Assembly: GCA_030390025.1 (NCBI GenBank) | Contig: CM059432.1 | Span: 57,228,001-57,292,000 of the forward strand | Source of the DNA: Squalus acanthias | Lineage: Eukaryota | Reading direction: 5' to 3' | DNA: 64,000 bases | Part shown: piece by piece, positions 52,396-64,000 of the stretch | Position numbering within the stretch: the first letter of the stretch is position 1 | Layout of the letters: every line of letters begins with the position of its first letter | Position numbers and translations under genes: made by a program | The notes under the pieces: model-generated | Seen by the model: only the letters and a program-made list of their open reading frames with translations | The model's database searches: none | Told to the model about the DNA's origin: nothing

Positions 52396-52846
52396 AAAAG
52401 AAAGACTTGCAATTATATAGTGCATTTCACGACCACCGGACATCCAAAAGCGCTTTATAGCCAATGAAGTACTTTTTGAAGTGTAGTCACTGTTGTAATG
52501 TAGAAAACGCAACAGCCAATTTTCACACAGCAAGCTCCCACAAACAGCAATCTGATAATGACCAGATAATCTGTTTTAGCGATGTTGATTGAGGGATAAA
52601 TATTGGCTAGGGCACCGGGGATACCTCCCCTGTTCTTCTTTGAAATAGTGCCATAGGATCTTTTATGTCCACCTGAGACGGTTTAATGTCTCATCCGAAA
52701 GACGTCACCTCCGACAGTGCAGTGCTCCCTCAGTACTGCACTGGAGCGTCAGTTTAGATTTTTGTGCTCAAGTCTCTGGAGTGAGACTAGAACCTGCAAC
52801 ATTCTGACTCAGAGGCAAGGGTGCTACCAACTGAGCAACGGCTGAC
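52396..52846 (-). mobile_element. tRNA-derived Deu-domain SINE (SacSINE1-like)
   Basis: Reverse strand shows A/B-box head GTCAGCCGTTGCTCAGTTGG..GGTTCTAGTC, Deu-like TCTTTCGGATGAGACATTAAACCG, and L2-like tail ATATAATTGCAAGTCTTTC. Confidence 0.75.
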
Positions 52847-53603
52847 AAATATGTAGCACAAATGACCCAAAATGACCAACTTTAGATAGTACCAAAAGTC
52901 TTTCTTATCCATCATTTACTGCTGTCTGTGTTTCAATAAAATGAACTCCGTCTCATTCCCTTGATGGCCCAGTGTGTAGCTGAGCCATACAGACCTGGAC
53001 TGGGAAACACGATTATGGTTCATTGGGCCATTCTGAAAGTTTGGAAAGTATCATACACAACCCTGTCTCTTACACCCATCACTCACTTTCTTAATCAAAT
53101 AGCCATTCAGCTCCCTCTAAATGTACCACTGCCATCTCATGCAGTCTATTGCACACCTTCCCTATCCTATGTGTAAAACAATTTAATTTACATTGTCTCT
53201 TTATCTCTCACCTTTTGAGCTAAGGTGTGTGGCACCTGTAGAATTTGTGACTAGTAGTTATTGTTGGTGATATTAGCGGTTGAATGCTTAGCACATTCCT
53301 CTGTCTTTTATTTTAATGGAGGCGTTAACCATTTAAAATAAATGAGTTAACATCTCTGTTAAAATAGCGACTGTGAAATATATAAAAATGTTAAGTGTTC
53401 ATTCTCTACTATTGCCACAGCCTTTTGATAGCAAACATATTATTAACACTAGTCAATCTCCCATGGTGTTGCACAATGCAGGGCGGGGGCGGTGTGCGTG
53501 GGGAGGGTCAGACCAAGTGTCGTCTTCAGGTGTGGTGGAGATAGAGGGCAGGGGATAGTTGGACCAACATGTGCAGATGTAAGATTTTTTAATAAGATAT
53601 ATT

Positions 53604-53742
53604 GCCCTGAATTTCCTCGGACTTTCTGCTGCTCCGTTGCCATAATGTCACTGAAGGCGCGCTCACTGGCGGTGGGTTTCCGCTGAACTTCCAGCGAAGT
53701 TACGGCAATGCAGTGGCAGAAAGTGTGAGGAAATTCAGGGCC
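53604..53742. mobile_element. Short palindromic Harbinger-type MITE
   Basis: GCCCTGAATTTCCTC ... GAGGAAATTCAGGGC. Confidence 0.7.
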
Positions 53743-55299
53743 ACGTAACATAAAATATATACTTATTCAGTGTCCATTTTAAAGTCATGCATTCTGTCCT
53801 TATTTTAAAATTATACTTTGATTTGATATAGTTAAATAACAAAACTTATGGCAGTTTGGGAAGCAGAGATGTAGAGCTGGTTGGAGCTTATGAGTTTCAC
53901 TGCAGTGCAGACTGAGGAGCTGGGAGACACAAAACTGACGCACTGCAGCACCACCCCTTGTGGAAGGTTATAATTACAACGTGACAAATTTGCACAGTCA
54001 GTTTCTATTATCGGAACTTATAATGAGTACATAAGGATGAGTGCAATCCATGACTTACTGCTCATTGGGAAGGGTTCATCATACCTGTTTAGTGGGGAGG
54101 GGGGTGTATCTCGGTCATAGGGAAAGTATCGGGTGGAGGGTTTCTTTGCTCATTTCAATCAAATGCTGGCAACTACTGTTTCTTCAGGGATTCAGTATCT
54201 AACATAATTGTTGCACACTTTGACTTACAGTCTTCAAGCTATCGTCTACCTTGGCAAGGAGCCGAAATCTTGCTTGGTAGGAGACAGGATGAGGGTTGAA
54301 AACTTGCTGGGAGGGGGCGGAATGGAGGCCACAAACTTGTTTGGAGGGGTAAAATTTGACTTGGTGGACAGGGTGGGACAGGGGACGAAATGTCGTGTAG
54401 TGGGGGGGCGATAGAGGATGCAAATTTTCTTGGGGGGGAGAGCAGGAGCAAAAAAACTTGCTTAATGGGGTGGGGGATGGGAAGGAGGCCAGTCACTGGG
54501 GCCATTTACAGTGTCTACCTTGGATGGGAGGTAGGAAAATCGCTGCGGCGCTTTGCAAAAGTGTAAATTGGCCTGCAGTCTCTTCTGAACGTTTTTTTTT
54601 AAATGAACATTTTTACCATTTGAAATATGGCGGCTTCCCTGATGCAATTGACGTATTTTAATTATTTGCCTCTCATTATAATATTTGTGTGCATGTATTT
54701 TATGCCTGACGTCACTTCCAGCAGAAAATTCCAGAACTGCCATGGGGTGAGGAGTGAGTGGTGGTGGGAGGCGGTGGGTGGGGGACACTGTCTGCCAAAT
54801 TTTCCTCCCCTGTCCAGGTGGCAAAGCCAGACAGGAAATTTGGGACAAAGATGTCCCTACTGCAGTACAGTGACCAGAATTTGATAGTTTCCATGGCGGG
54901 TTAGACCAATGCTCTGTACAAACTCAGTACCATATCCTGGTACGTATGATTTATTCCTCTGACTATCTATCCCAAGCCATATTTGCTGTCTTTACTGCTA
55001 CTGCACAACGTGCCAATATCTTCACCCAGTGCCCCTGATCCCTTTCCTGTATTGTGTCCTGTAGATTACTACTGCTAAGTTTATATTCTTTCTGCTTATT
55101 CCCTTGCCTTTTTCTCCGTAATCTGCATTTATTCACATTAGATCAGTGTTGTTCAATACGCTGGCCACTGGATAGAGAGCACGTGTGGGTCTGATGTGTC
55201 TCATTGTGAGAGTCAACATTCTCAGCAATCACTTTGATGAAGTCAAAATATGGCTCGAAACTGCTGGATAAAATCCTAGAAGCTGCACTAAAACGTGGT

Positions 55300-56039
55300 G
55301 GGCTGGATTTTGTCTTGGGGTCGGGTCGGGGTCGTGTCATCCGCATTTCGTGTTCCCCCCCGACTCCAGATTAATGTGGATGAATGATGCAATTTTCACT
55401 TAATTGGGCAATTGAGTTCCAGCATGTGGGAATCCATGAACTAATTAGTGGTTTCAGTCTGAAAGTCGCCTCTGATGATGTCATCATTGCTGCCTGCCTG
55501 GTCTCAGAGACAGTCTGGCTTTTGATGTGAGTGGACCTGGATGCAAAATGGAGAGAGAGAGAATTTTTTTGCATCCATGTCCTCTCACAGCAAAGGCCAT
55601 GCAGTCTCTGAAGACATTCAATGCAGCAGCATCAGATGCGACTTTCAGACCTAATACTAGTACCCATCACAATACTACTACCTTCATCACGTCTCTGTTG
55701 TAATAGTGGACCTGCAGCTGATAGTCAGCTATCCACTTGTGCTCCTGCCAGGTTTCACTGGAGTGTTTCACATCAGGCGCACTTCACGTCGAAAAAGGGT
55801 TAAACTAGCTAAAACGTTTCAAAATGGCATTACAGAGCCAATTTACGCCTTGTTAAGGGCTTTAATGGCCTCTCCCGCCTCTTGGAGGCGGGACGGAGTC
55901 GGGAACCCTGTGACTGATTTTGTCAAAATTGCGTGGAGGCGGGATGGAGTCGGGTTGGGGTCGGGACCCCCCGACCCCGCAAATTTAACCCCCCACACGC
56001 CTCCAAACATGACTCCATGGGTCATTCAAAATCCAGCCC
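55300..56039. mobile_element. Harbinger-type MITE
   Basis: TIRs GGGCTGGATTTTG / CAAAATCCAGCCC. Confidence 0.7.
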
Positions 56040-56989
56040 GGTGTGTCCAATAAATTCATGCCAGAATTGAAAACTTTGGTGAAAGAGAAATAGACAGCAA
56101 AGTTTCGCACTGAATGCTGGTAACCATTTGTTAAGTAAATATACATGTGAAGCACATTTACCTGTATTGTGTGAGTGCATGTAAGGGGTTTTCTACTAAA
56201 ATTGGTGCATGTGGCTAAAATAGTATCGCCTGTGGTTAGTTAGTGATTTCTATTGGACAACACGGCAGCAGACCACAATTGCTATTTGTCAATCCAGCTT
56301 TCCGAATTATCTCATTTCTCTATATTGTGTTTTTATTTGTTACTTGTGACCCCTTCCCCTCCCCCTGTTTTCTATAATCAGTGAACTTATTACAGCTTTT
56401 ATTTCACACTCAACTTCCAAATCATTATATGTATAAAATAAACAATCATGGCCCCATTACTGTTGGTCCTCGATTCAATACTCAGTCTTTGCACAGTTAT
56501 CTGAGTTCAGCTGGGTGGTGGCAGAGCTCTACAATTGGCCGATGCCTCTGGGCTAGGGAAGAGAAATGCAGCTGGGATCCCAGACCTGATCACCATCCAC
56601 CAACTCCTGCTGGCCTTCCCCGTGTGTGGATGTTAGCTGAGGGCAAAATCAGTCTCAGTTTAGATGTCTCTCTTGGACAAGTAGCCACCTACACTCACTG
56701 TCAAGACTCACATATGAATAATGCTCCCTTGGGTGAGGCGTTGGAGGATGATGGGTGCCTGTGGAGCTGTGTCTTAATTAGAATTCCTGTCTTCAAGGTA
56801 GGAGGAAAGAGGGTGAAGAGAGGTGGAGAAAATGAGTGAGAACAACAAAAAAAGATAGTTACATATATATGTAATTCATGAATTCGTTGTTGATATCAAT
56901 CAAATCAGTCTCTATCATCAAAAACTTTCAGTCTGTGACTCTCTTCAAATATAGAACAGTTAGAACACAGATACAAACCTACTAACTCT

Positions 56990-57610
56990 TTTAAAAAATT
57001 TGTTCATGGGATGTGGGCATCGCTGGCAAGGCCAGCATTTATTGCCCATCCCTAATTGCCCTTGAGAAGGTGGTGGTGAGCCGCCTTCTTGAACCACTGC
57101 AGTCCATGTGGTGAAGGTACTCCCATGGTGCTGTTAGGGAGGGAGTTCCAGGATTTTGATCCAGCGACAATGAAGGAATGGCGATATACTTCCAAGTCAG
57201 GATGGTGTGTGACTGGGAGGGAACTTGTAGGTGGTGGTGTTCCCATGCGCCTGCTGCCCTTGTCCTTCTAGGTGGTAGAGGTCGCGGGTTTGGGAGGTGC
57301 TGCCGAAGAAGCCTTGGCGAGTTGCTGCAGTGCATCTTGTAGATGGTACACACTGCAGCCATGGTATGCCGGTGGTGAAGGGAGTGAGTGTTTAAGGTGG
57401 TGGATGGGGTGCCAATCAAGCGGGCTGCTTTGTCCTGGATGATGTTGAGCTTCTTGAGTGTTGTTGGAGCTGCACTCATCCAGACAAGTGGAGAGTATTC
57501 CATCACACTCCTTACTTGTGCCTTGTAGATGGTGGAAAGGCTTTGGGGAGTCAGGAGGTGAGATACTCGCCACAGAATACCTAGCCTCTGACCTGCTCTT
57601 GTTGCCACAG
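56990..57610 (-). mobile_element. LINE family B 3' fragment
   Basis: ORF 57039-57608 contains YKAQVRSVMEYSP. Confidence 0.9.
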
Positions 57611-60261
57611 TCTACATTCAAGAGTTTAATAAGTGCTTTAGGATGGTCTGCCTTCCAGATGTTTGGACAATTGTCAGCATCGCTATGTAGATAGAGCTAG
57701 CCCAACATACATATATAGTGACAGTGAAAATCCTCAATTAAAATAGAGCCTCTAGTATCAATGAAGGGCTTTTAGTACCGCTACTACTAGCATAGCCCCA
57801 CCTTTTCTTGTTTTCTTACTCTCAGGTGAGAGATAACAAGAAGAAAAATTCCCAAATCTCACACCCAGGCTAGCTATGAAGAGAGAAAGAGAAATATGGA
57901 AAATGAGACGCAACGTGTTGACATATCCAGAGAGGGTTTCTATGTGTGTAACTCTTCACAAAATGAAGAACAACGAGGAGAGAAAGACCTGGACTGTGCC
58001 TCACCATTGATTTGTAGGAAGTTTAGGAGAAAAAAATAGGGCTGCTTTTCCTGACATTTGCTCCAGGAAATACCCATTTCATGGAGTGCAAAGATCAGGA
58101 AAAAGGAGGTGGGTTTCTGCCTCCTTTACTTTGCCCTGGGTTTTCTGCAACTTCCCTAGGAGGAAGCTGAGCTCGCACCTAAGGTAGAGCTAAGCACATT
58201 TCAGTGATGCAAATGAAGTGGGAGGAGCATTACCGCCTCCTGCCTCACATTCCTAACATCATCCCATTGGGTGCCCAATCAGTGGAGTAGCTGAAGAAAC
58301 CAGGAATTGGGTATAGTACTAGGACCCTCATGGACCAGAGTGTTTGTGAGGGTCCTTGCAGCAGCCTGAGAGAAAAGAAGAAGGAAAGGTATTTATTTTT
58401 GACACCTCCCTAGGATGATTATCAGGCTTCTGGCTGCTACTCTCCAGTTGTTTCCTGCCCTGCTTCCAGTGCTAATGCTAGGGGTCACCAATGCCACATT
58501 AAGGGCCCAGGACAGGAAATAGCAGTGACAAGTGCAACATATTTTGGACGTGCTGTTCGTGTCCAGTGTTGTGGGGGGGGGGGGGGGGGGGGGAGGCATT
58601 TACAGGAAAATAGGACCTACTGTAACTCCACTAAAATTTAGGGCAGATAGGAGACTGGTCTTGAGTGTGTGACTCCCACACATATTCTTCATAAATATAT
58701 ACAAACCATGAATACACTTCAAGCAGGGCATGGGTCCTTATTGTCTAGTTTGTGGAACTTAGTTCCTAGAAAATAGAAAGTATATTGCGGGTAGATGGAC
58801 TTAAGATATTGATCAGCCATGATCTAATTGAATAGAGGAACAGGCTCGAGGGGCTGTATGTCCTACTCCTGTTCCAATGTATTTCATTCAGGTTCAAAAA
58901 TCATGTTTTACACATGTCTGCTTCAGTGCAGATTTTAGTTAACTTATAGAAATACCCATAACATTGTAGTTGTTACAATAATTTACTGGTATTTACTAGG
59001 AAGTTAGCTTAATTGCATCACTTTAGCAGAAACTTGATTTCGCTGAATGCAAATATATTATTAAAGAACAGCATGTAAGCAGCAGATTAGTTATGTGTTA
59101 CTAACAGAGCCCTTGTAAATCACAATTGTGCCCAGTCAGCCTAAATGCATAATTTAAGTGACTATTGTATTCAGACAGACTATCTTAGCGACTTTTAGGT
59201 TCAGGTACTGTATGTAATAAATGATAGGTTCACAGAGCCTAGATATATGACTTACGGGTCCAGGCAACATAAACAAGGAATTTATAATTTTAACAGTATT
59301 TATATATAATTCTTAGTCTTATACACTGTAAAACAAAGTATCTTAATGGTAAAATACAATTTCACTGTTCAGAAGCAGCTCCTATGCTTTGAGATTTTAT
59401 TGAGTGCTAATCTGTATCATTAAGATAGACAATCATGGAAATACTTCCATGAAATAAACTATATTATACATAGACAGAAGTGAAGAAAGCGGCTAGAATG
59501 TGAAATAACTTTCGCGGAGAAATCTTTCACTTCACCCTACAAGTATGGTTGTTCCATTTATGTACTTTCCTAGAAGCACTCAAATATATATCCTAAAACC
59601 AATCTACGAAAGGATTAATTAAAGTTTTGCTGTTGTATTGACTAGAATTAAGTAAAAAAAATGAAATTGGGAATCTCAGCATCAGAATTTCTTTTAAAAA
59701 TCAAATAATTGCAACAAAATTGTAATTAACATTAATATGCAATAGTTCTGACTATTTCTGTCAGTTTTTCCATAATTAGTTTCTGTTGAGCAATGACTGC
59801 TAATGACATCACCATAGAGTACTGGCTGAAGGAGTTACTGACTCTAATTGCAAGGAAGCTAAATTAACCTTAGTAGAGATACAGCCATAAATGCAGGGAT
59901 GACTCAGCACCAACTACGTATATGCCAAACCAATAGCTACGATGATGTCATTGTGTTTAACCAAATATATTTTTTCTAACAATGCAGAGGACAGAACAAG
60001 TTATAATTCTTTATAACTGATCTCCCAATTGACCTCTGATGATGAGACTATCATTAAGTTTTTATTAATTCCTTAATGACTTTGAGGGTGTTATACATTT
60101 ATTTCCTTTTCTATTATCTTTATTACATTCCCATTGTAATAATGTGTGTTATTATATTAGGAATGCAAAACATTTCACAATTAAGGAGACTCGCCTTCAA
60201 ATTCAATTCTGCTTTTAAATAGGAGTACTACCCTCAAATGATTTATGTTGCTCAAAACTAT

Positions 60262-60787
60262 GGGCCAGATTTTACTGTCAAAATAACAGTGAGGCTAATG
60301 GCGCTCACCAGTATTTATGTGTAAATGATGCAGAAACGTCAGGTAAGGAGCAGATGCGCAGTTAAATGCGAATATCCAAAGGTCGCTGTTTGAGGTGTGG
60401 CGCTCTGCCGTTAGGTTCTCCACTTTCTGTCTCACCATTGACATGCATTGAATGTCATGAAGTTGCTGTATTGGCATTGTAAATACGAACTAAACCCACC
60501 GCAGATATTTTGGGCTAGTAATTACATGCGTAAATACCCTTTTAATGACGTGATAAGTCCTTCCGCTGTTTATTTCCCAATCCTTAAATCTCATTGGTTA
60601 AGGAGATACCCTGTTGGTTGCACTGTTCACTCAAGTCCCAGGTGCCCTGTTTCCCTCGCTGCACCATTATCAGCTCACACTTTTCAGCAACTTTGTGGGC
60701 AAACATCTTTTGAGCTGAAGGGTGCAGGGGCAAATCTAACTAATGGCAGACACCGTTAGATGCTCTGCTACAGCAAAATCTAGCTCT
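60262..60787. mobile_element. Harbinger-type MITE
   Basis: GGGCCAGATTTT ... AAAATCTAGCTC, similar to the 13599-14374 family. Confidence 0.6.
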
Positions 60788-60897
60788 ATATTTTATACAA
60801 AATGTTTGTGCCAAAGCTGACAAGATTTTTATATGAAGAGTATCGTCAGAGGTTAGCCTCATGCAGAGAGATAGCAGTGGAATTTAAGAATCATGGT

Positions 60898-61588
60898 ATA
60901 GAACATAGAACATAGAACATTACAGCACAGTACAGGCCCCTTCGGCCCTCGATGTTGTGCCGAGCATTGTCCGAGACCAAGATCAAGCTATCACACTCCC
61001 TATCACTCTGGTGTGCTCCATGTGCTTATCCAATAACCGCTTGAAAGTTCCTAAAGTGTCCGACTCCACTATCACAGCAGGCAGTCCATTCCACACCCCA
61101 ACCACTCTCTGAGTAAAGAATCTACCTCGGACATCCCTTCTATATCTCCCCCCATGCACCTTATAGTTATGCCCCCTTGTAACAGCTGCCTCTACCCGAG
61201 GAAATAGTCTCTGAACATCCACTCTATCTATCCCCCTCATCATCTTATAAACCTCTATTAAGTCGCCTCTCATCCTCCTCCGCTCAAAAGAGAAAAGAGA
61301 AAAGCCCCAACTCCCTCAATCTTTCCTCATAAGACCTCCCCCCCAAACCAGGCAGCATCCTGGTAAATCTCCTTTGCACTCTTTCCAATGCTTCCACGTC
61401 CTTCCTATAGTGAGGTGACTAGAACTGCACACAATATTCCAAATGTGGTCTCACCAAGGTCCTGTACAGTTGCAGCATAACCTCACGGTTCTTAAACTCA
61501 AACCCTCTGTTAATAAACGCCAACACACCATAGGCCTTCTTTACTGCTCTATCCACTTGAGTGGCAACCTTCAGAGATCTGTGGATAT
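60898..61588 (-). mobile_element. CR1 3' fragment
   Basis: MRGDLIEVYKMMRG peptide and (ATAGAAC)n tail. Confidence 0.9.
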
Positions 61589-61865
61589 TTTTCTTTGGAT
61601 GCTAAATTTTATGAAAAAGTAGATGTGAGTAAACTAGTGAACAAAAGTGGTAATGAACAATTTTCCTGTTCCTGCAGCCTCACTTTTGCTCACAGTCTAA
61701 AATAGATGTAAGGAGAAAAGAAAAGAAACCAAAAGTACACTAAAGGCTTGTTAATTCAGGTGAAAGCACTGTTAAAACCTATGTTAAGAAACACACACAG
61801 TTTTGCTTAGGGGTGAGGAACAGATACATGTAAAATAAACGAATGTCATAAACTCCTATTCAGAA

Positions 61866-63087
61866 TGGAACATAAGAACATAATAGGAGCAGAAGTAGTA
61901 GAAACGGCCCCTCGAGCCTGCTCCACTATTTAATAAGATCGTGGTTGAACTTTTAGATCAATTCCACTTTCCCGCCCTATCCCCATATCCCTTTATTCCC
62001 TTAGTTCTCAAAAATCTATTGATCTCACTCTTGACTATACTCAACGACTGAGCATCCACCGACCTCTGAGGTAGAGAATTCCAATGATTCACCAACGTCT
62101 CAGTGAAGAAATTTCTCCTCATCTCAGTTCTAAATGACTGACCCCTTATCCTGAGACTATGACCCCTAGTTCTAGGGGTAAGGTGGCATAGGTAGTTATG
62201 TTACTGGACTAATAATCCAGAGGCCTGGACTAATGATCCAGAGTATAAGAATTCAAATCTGGAATTTAAAAAAAAGCTTCGATCAGTAATGATGACCATG
62301 AAGCTACGATTGTCATAAAAACCCATGTGGTTCACTAATGTCCTTTAGGGAAGGAAATCTGCCGTCCTTACCCAGTCTGGCCTATATGTGACTCCAGACC
62401 CACAGCAATGAGATTGACTCTTAACTGCCCTCTGAAATGGTCTAGCAACCCATTCAGTTGTATTCAAGAAGGTGGCTCACCACCACCATTGTCCGTTAAC
62501 CAATCCTCAATCCATGCTAATATACTACCCCAATCCCATGAACCCTAATCTTGTGTAACAACCTATTGTGTGACATCGTATTTAATGCCTTCTGAAAATC
62601 CAAATATACTACATCCACTGGTTCCCCCTTATCTACCCTGCTAGTTACACACTCAAAAAACTCTAATAGATTTATCAAACATGATTTCCTTCTCATAAAA
62701 TCATGTTGACTCTACCTAATCATATTGTGATTTTCCAAGTGCCCTGTTACCACATCCTTAATAATAAATTTAGCACTTTCCCTACTACTGATGTCAGGCT
62801 AACTGGCCTACAGTTCCCTGCTTTCTCTTTTCCTCCTTCCTTGAACAGTGGGGTTACATTTGCTACCTTTCAATCTATGGGAGCTGTTCTGGAATCTAGG
62901 GAATTCTTGAAGATCAAAACCAATTACTTTAAGTTCCTTACTCTCATTAGACCCTTGGTTCTCCACACTTTCCAATATGTTATTTGTGTCTTCTACTGTG
63001 AAGACATACACAAAATATTTGTTTAACGTCTCTGCCATTTCCTTATTTCCCATTATAGTTTCTCCTATCTCTGCCTCTAAGGGATCC
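61866..63087 (-). mobile_element. CR1 fragments flanking a SINE-like insert
   Basis: CR1 3' end at 61866-62174 and RT-region sequence at 62490-63087. Confidence 0.75.
62175..62488 (+). mobile_element. SINE-like element: family B LINE 5' head joined to family B LINE 3' tail
   Basis: Aligns with the reverse complement of 11470-11790, then jumps to TTCAAGAAGGTGGCTCACCACCACC (cf. 1641-1666). Confidence 0.8.
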
Positions 63088-64000
63088 ATTCCTAGTTGCC
63101 CTTGAGAAGGTGGTGGTGAGCCGCCTTCTTGAACCGCTGCAGTCTGTGTGGTGAAGGTACTCCCACAGTGCTGTTAGGGAGAGCGTTCCAGGATTTTGAC
63201 CAGTGACGATGAAGGAATGGCGATATGCTTCCAGGTCAGGATGGTGTGTGACTTGGAAGGGAACTTGGAGGTGGTGGTGTTCCCATGTGCCTGCTGCCCT
63301 TGTCCTTCTAGGTGGTAGAGGTCGCGGGTTTGGAGGTGCTGCTGAAGAAGCTTTGGTGAGTTGCTGCAGTGCATCTTGTAGATGGTACACACTGCAGACA
63401 CGGTACGCCAGTGGTGGAGGAAGTGAATGTTTAAGGTCGTGGATGGGGTGCCAATCAAGCGGGCTGTTTTGTCTTGGATGGTGTTGAGCTTCTTGAGTGT
63501 TGTTGGAGCTGCACTCATCCAGGCAAATGGAGAGTATTCCATCACACTCCTAACTTGTGCCTTGTAGATGGTGGAAAGGCTTTGGGGAGTCAGGAGGTGA
63601 GACACTCACTGCAGAATACCCAGCCTCTGACCTGCTCTTGTTGCCACAGTATTCATGTGGCTGGTCCAGTTAAGTTTCTGGTCAATGGTGACCCCCAGGA
63701 TATTGATGGTGGGGGATTCGGCGATGGTAATGTTGTTGAATGTAAAGGGGCGGTGGTTAGACTCTCACTTGTTGGAGATAGTCATTGCCTGGCACTTGTG
63801 TGGTGCGAATGTTACTTGCTATGTATCAGCCCAAGCCTGAATGTCATCCAGGTCTTTCTGCAAGCGGGCATGGACTGCTTCATTATCTGAGGAGTTGCGA
63901 ATGACACTGAACACTGTGCAGTCATCAGCCAACATCCCCACTTCTGACCTTATGATGGAGGGAAGGTCATTAATGAAGCAGCTGAAGAGGGTTGGGCCTA
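63088..64000 (-). mobile_element. LINE family B, continues beyond the window
   Basis: YKAQVRSVMEYSPF and ADDCTV peptides. Confidence 0.9.

Noticed and set aside
53870..54080. Possible conserved non-coding or CTCF-like element downstream of KCNK9
   Set aside because: Only a partial motif match; needs cross-species alignment
58573..58593. Poly-G run as a G-quadruplex element
   Set aside because: Simple homopolymer, possibly of uncertain assembled length; no supporting context

Overview
Repeat-dense vertebrate genomic DNA, most likely a cartilaginous fish (shark/ray). The host is inferred from the CR1, Deu-SINE, Penelope and Harbinger repeat complement and is not confirmed. The only host gene is the final coding exon plus 3' UTR of KCNK9 (TASK-3 K2P channel, + strand, 48872-49713). 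Exon 1 is not visible, so 1-48871 is probably its long intron. The standout is a two-LTR endogenous foamy (spuma)virus provirus at 20526-29748 (+). It has ~1.45 kb LTRs, a tRNA-Lys1,2 PBS, a foamy-type Gag (no zinc knuckle, Gly/Arg-rich tail), and protease, RNase H and integrase that match prototype foamy virus motifs. The RT polymerase domain and almost all of env are deleted, and each LTR carries its own later TE insertion. Also present: a Neptune-like Penelope element with inverted pLTRs and hammerhead ribozyme motifs, two ~200-bp fold-back Penelope derivatives centred on the ribozyme, a near full-length single-ORF LINE with a tRNA-like head plus a SINE-like derivative of it, many PIF/Harbinger MITEs, a Tc1/mariner MITE, and many CR1 fragments. 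Protein similarities were judged by eye against remembered reference motifs, not by database search.
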